Shown here: one piece after another, positions 23,151-24,000 of the stretch | How positions within the stretch are numbered: the stretch's first letter is position 1 | How the letters are laid out: every line of letters starts with the position of its first letter | Assembly (NCBI RefSeq): GCF_015356865.1 | Contig: NZ_JAAFZA010000134.1 | Coordinates: 1-24,000 of the forward strand | DNA length: 24,000 nucleotides | Source of the DNA: Catenulispora pinisilvae | GTDB taxonomy: Bacteria > Actinomycetota > Actinomycetes > Streptomycetales > Catenulisporaceae | Direction: 5' to 3' | The notes under the pieces: model-generated | What the model was told of the DNA's origin: nothing | Databases searched by the model: none | The model's input: only the letters and a program-made list of their open reading frames with translations | Position numbers and translations under genes: made by a program

Positions 23151-23903
23151 ATGACTGCATTCTCCCTGGACGGAAACGTGGCTCTGGTCACCGGTGCGAC
23201 CAGCGGTATCGGGGCCGCGATCGCGGCGGCGCTGGCCGAGCAGGGGGCACACGTGCTCGTCGCGGGACGCGATGGCAAGCGCGGGGAAAGCGTCGTCACC
23301 GGCATTCGGGAAAAGGGCGGGAAGGCGGACTTCATCTCCGCGGATCTGAGCGACGCGGCGGCGGCGCGGCGGCTGGCGCGGCAGGCCGTCGAGGCCGGCG
23401 GCGGGCGGGTGGACATCCTGGTGAACAACGCCGGGGCCTACCCGTTCGGGCCGACCGCGGAGATGACCGAGGAGCAGTTCGACAAGCTGTATGCGCTGAA
23501 CGTGAAGGCGAAGTTCTTCCTCGTGGCGGAGCTGGCGCCGGCGATGGCCGCGCGGGGCAAGGGCGCGATCGTCAACATCAGCACCCAGGTCGCCGCCTAC
23601 GGCGCGGCGGGCATGGCGCTGTACGGTTCGAGCCTGGCGGCGGTGAACCTGCTGACGAAGGCGTGGGCCGCCGAGTACGGGCCCAGCGGCGTGCGGGTCA
23701 ACGCGGTGGGCGTCGGCCCGACGCGCACCGAGGGGACCGTCGCGATGGGCGAGGGACTGGACCAGCTCGCCGCGCAGGCGCCGGCCGGGCGTCCGGCCGC
23801 GCCGGCGGAGATCGCGGCGGCGGTCGTGTATCTGGCCGGGGACGGTGCCAGCTTCGTGCAGGGTGTGGTGCTGCCGGTGGACGGCGGTCGGACCGCGGTC
23901 TGA
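23151..23903 (+). CDS. SDR family oxidoreductase (classical short-chain dehydrogenase fold) with atypical active-site motif
   Basis: The ATG at 23151 follows GGAAAGG. It has TGATSGIGAAIA (TGxxxGxG) and NNAG, but the catalytic region reads LYGSSLAAVNLLTK, that is YxxxL instead of YxxxK. Confidence 0.9.
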   Translation: MTAFSLDGNVALVTGATSGIGAAIAAALAEQGAHVLVAGRDGKRGESVVTGIREKGGKADFISADLSDAAAARRLARQAVEAGGGRVDILVNNAGAYPFGPTAEMTEEQFDKLYALNVKAKFFLVAELAPAMAARGKGAIVNISTQVAAYGAAGMALYGSSLAAVNLLTKAWAAEYGPSGVRVNAVGVGPTRTEGTVAMGEGLDQLAAQAPAGRPAAPAEIAAAVVYLAGDGASFVQGVVLPVDGGRTAV

Positions 23904-24000
23904 GTGGGGCCGGTGAGCCAGCCGACTCAAGTCGCTGATTCAGTCTGATTCAGCCTACTGATTCACTCGTCCCGATCGAACGCGGCGATCAGCAGCCCCA

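Noticed and set aside
23963-24000. Possible 3' end of a minus-strand gene at the window edge (reads ...GLLIAAFDRDE-stop), preceded by CTGATTCA x3 at 23934-23966
   Set aside because: Only 12 codons are visible, too few to support a call. The octamer repeat is noted, but its significance cannot be judged.

Overview
High-GC (about 70%) Actinomycetota-type chromosomal DNA, gene-dense, with no integrase, transposase, phage, CRISPR, tRNA or rRNA signal. Three parts stand out. (1) 1567-10065 is a secreted, carbohydrate-targeting cluster. It holds a LuxR-type regulator divergent from a 75-aa secreted Cys/Pro-rich peptide. Two tandem secreted proteins follow, with unrelated wall-hydrolase-like heads (NlpC/P60-like and RlpA/DPBB-like) on an almost identical 7-repeat beta-propeller tail. 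That tail sits in a collinear 1146-bp duplication with about 90% amino-acid identity. A Tat-signal GtaA-like (DUF4965/DUF1793) protein with a ricin-type lectin tail closes the cluster. (2) 10238-16144 is a run of ordinary accessory redox, regulator and efflux genes: LLM/F420 oxidoreductase, aldo-keto reductase, TetR, USP, MarR and an MFS pump. (3) 16145-17818 is a 1.67-kb gap with no credible gene, and it is the most unusual object in the window. It is filled by a roughly 1.4-kb imperfect palindrome: two inverted non-coding modules of 531 and 556 bp around a 329-bp spacer. Each module ends in a 189-nt extended hairpin. I cannot assign it to any RNA or mobile-element family from sequence alone. 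To its right lies a decayed arsenic cluster (arsI/cadI-like, arsR, frameshifted LMW-PTP arsC, no efflux pump). After that come an orphan msiK-like ABC ATPase, a VOC/TetR divergent pair, a second aldo-keto reductase and an SDR whose catalytic YxxxK reads YxxxL. Most long ORFs in the supplied track are Arg/Gly/Pro-rich antisense or off-frame shadows typical of high-GC DNA and were not called.
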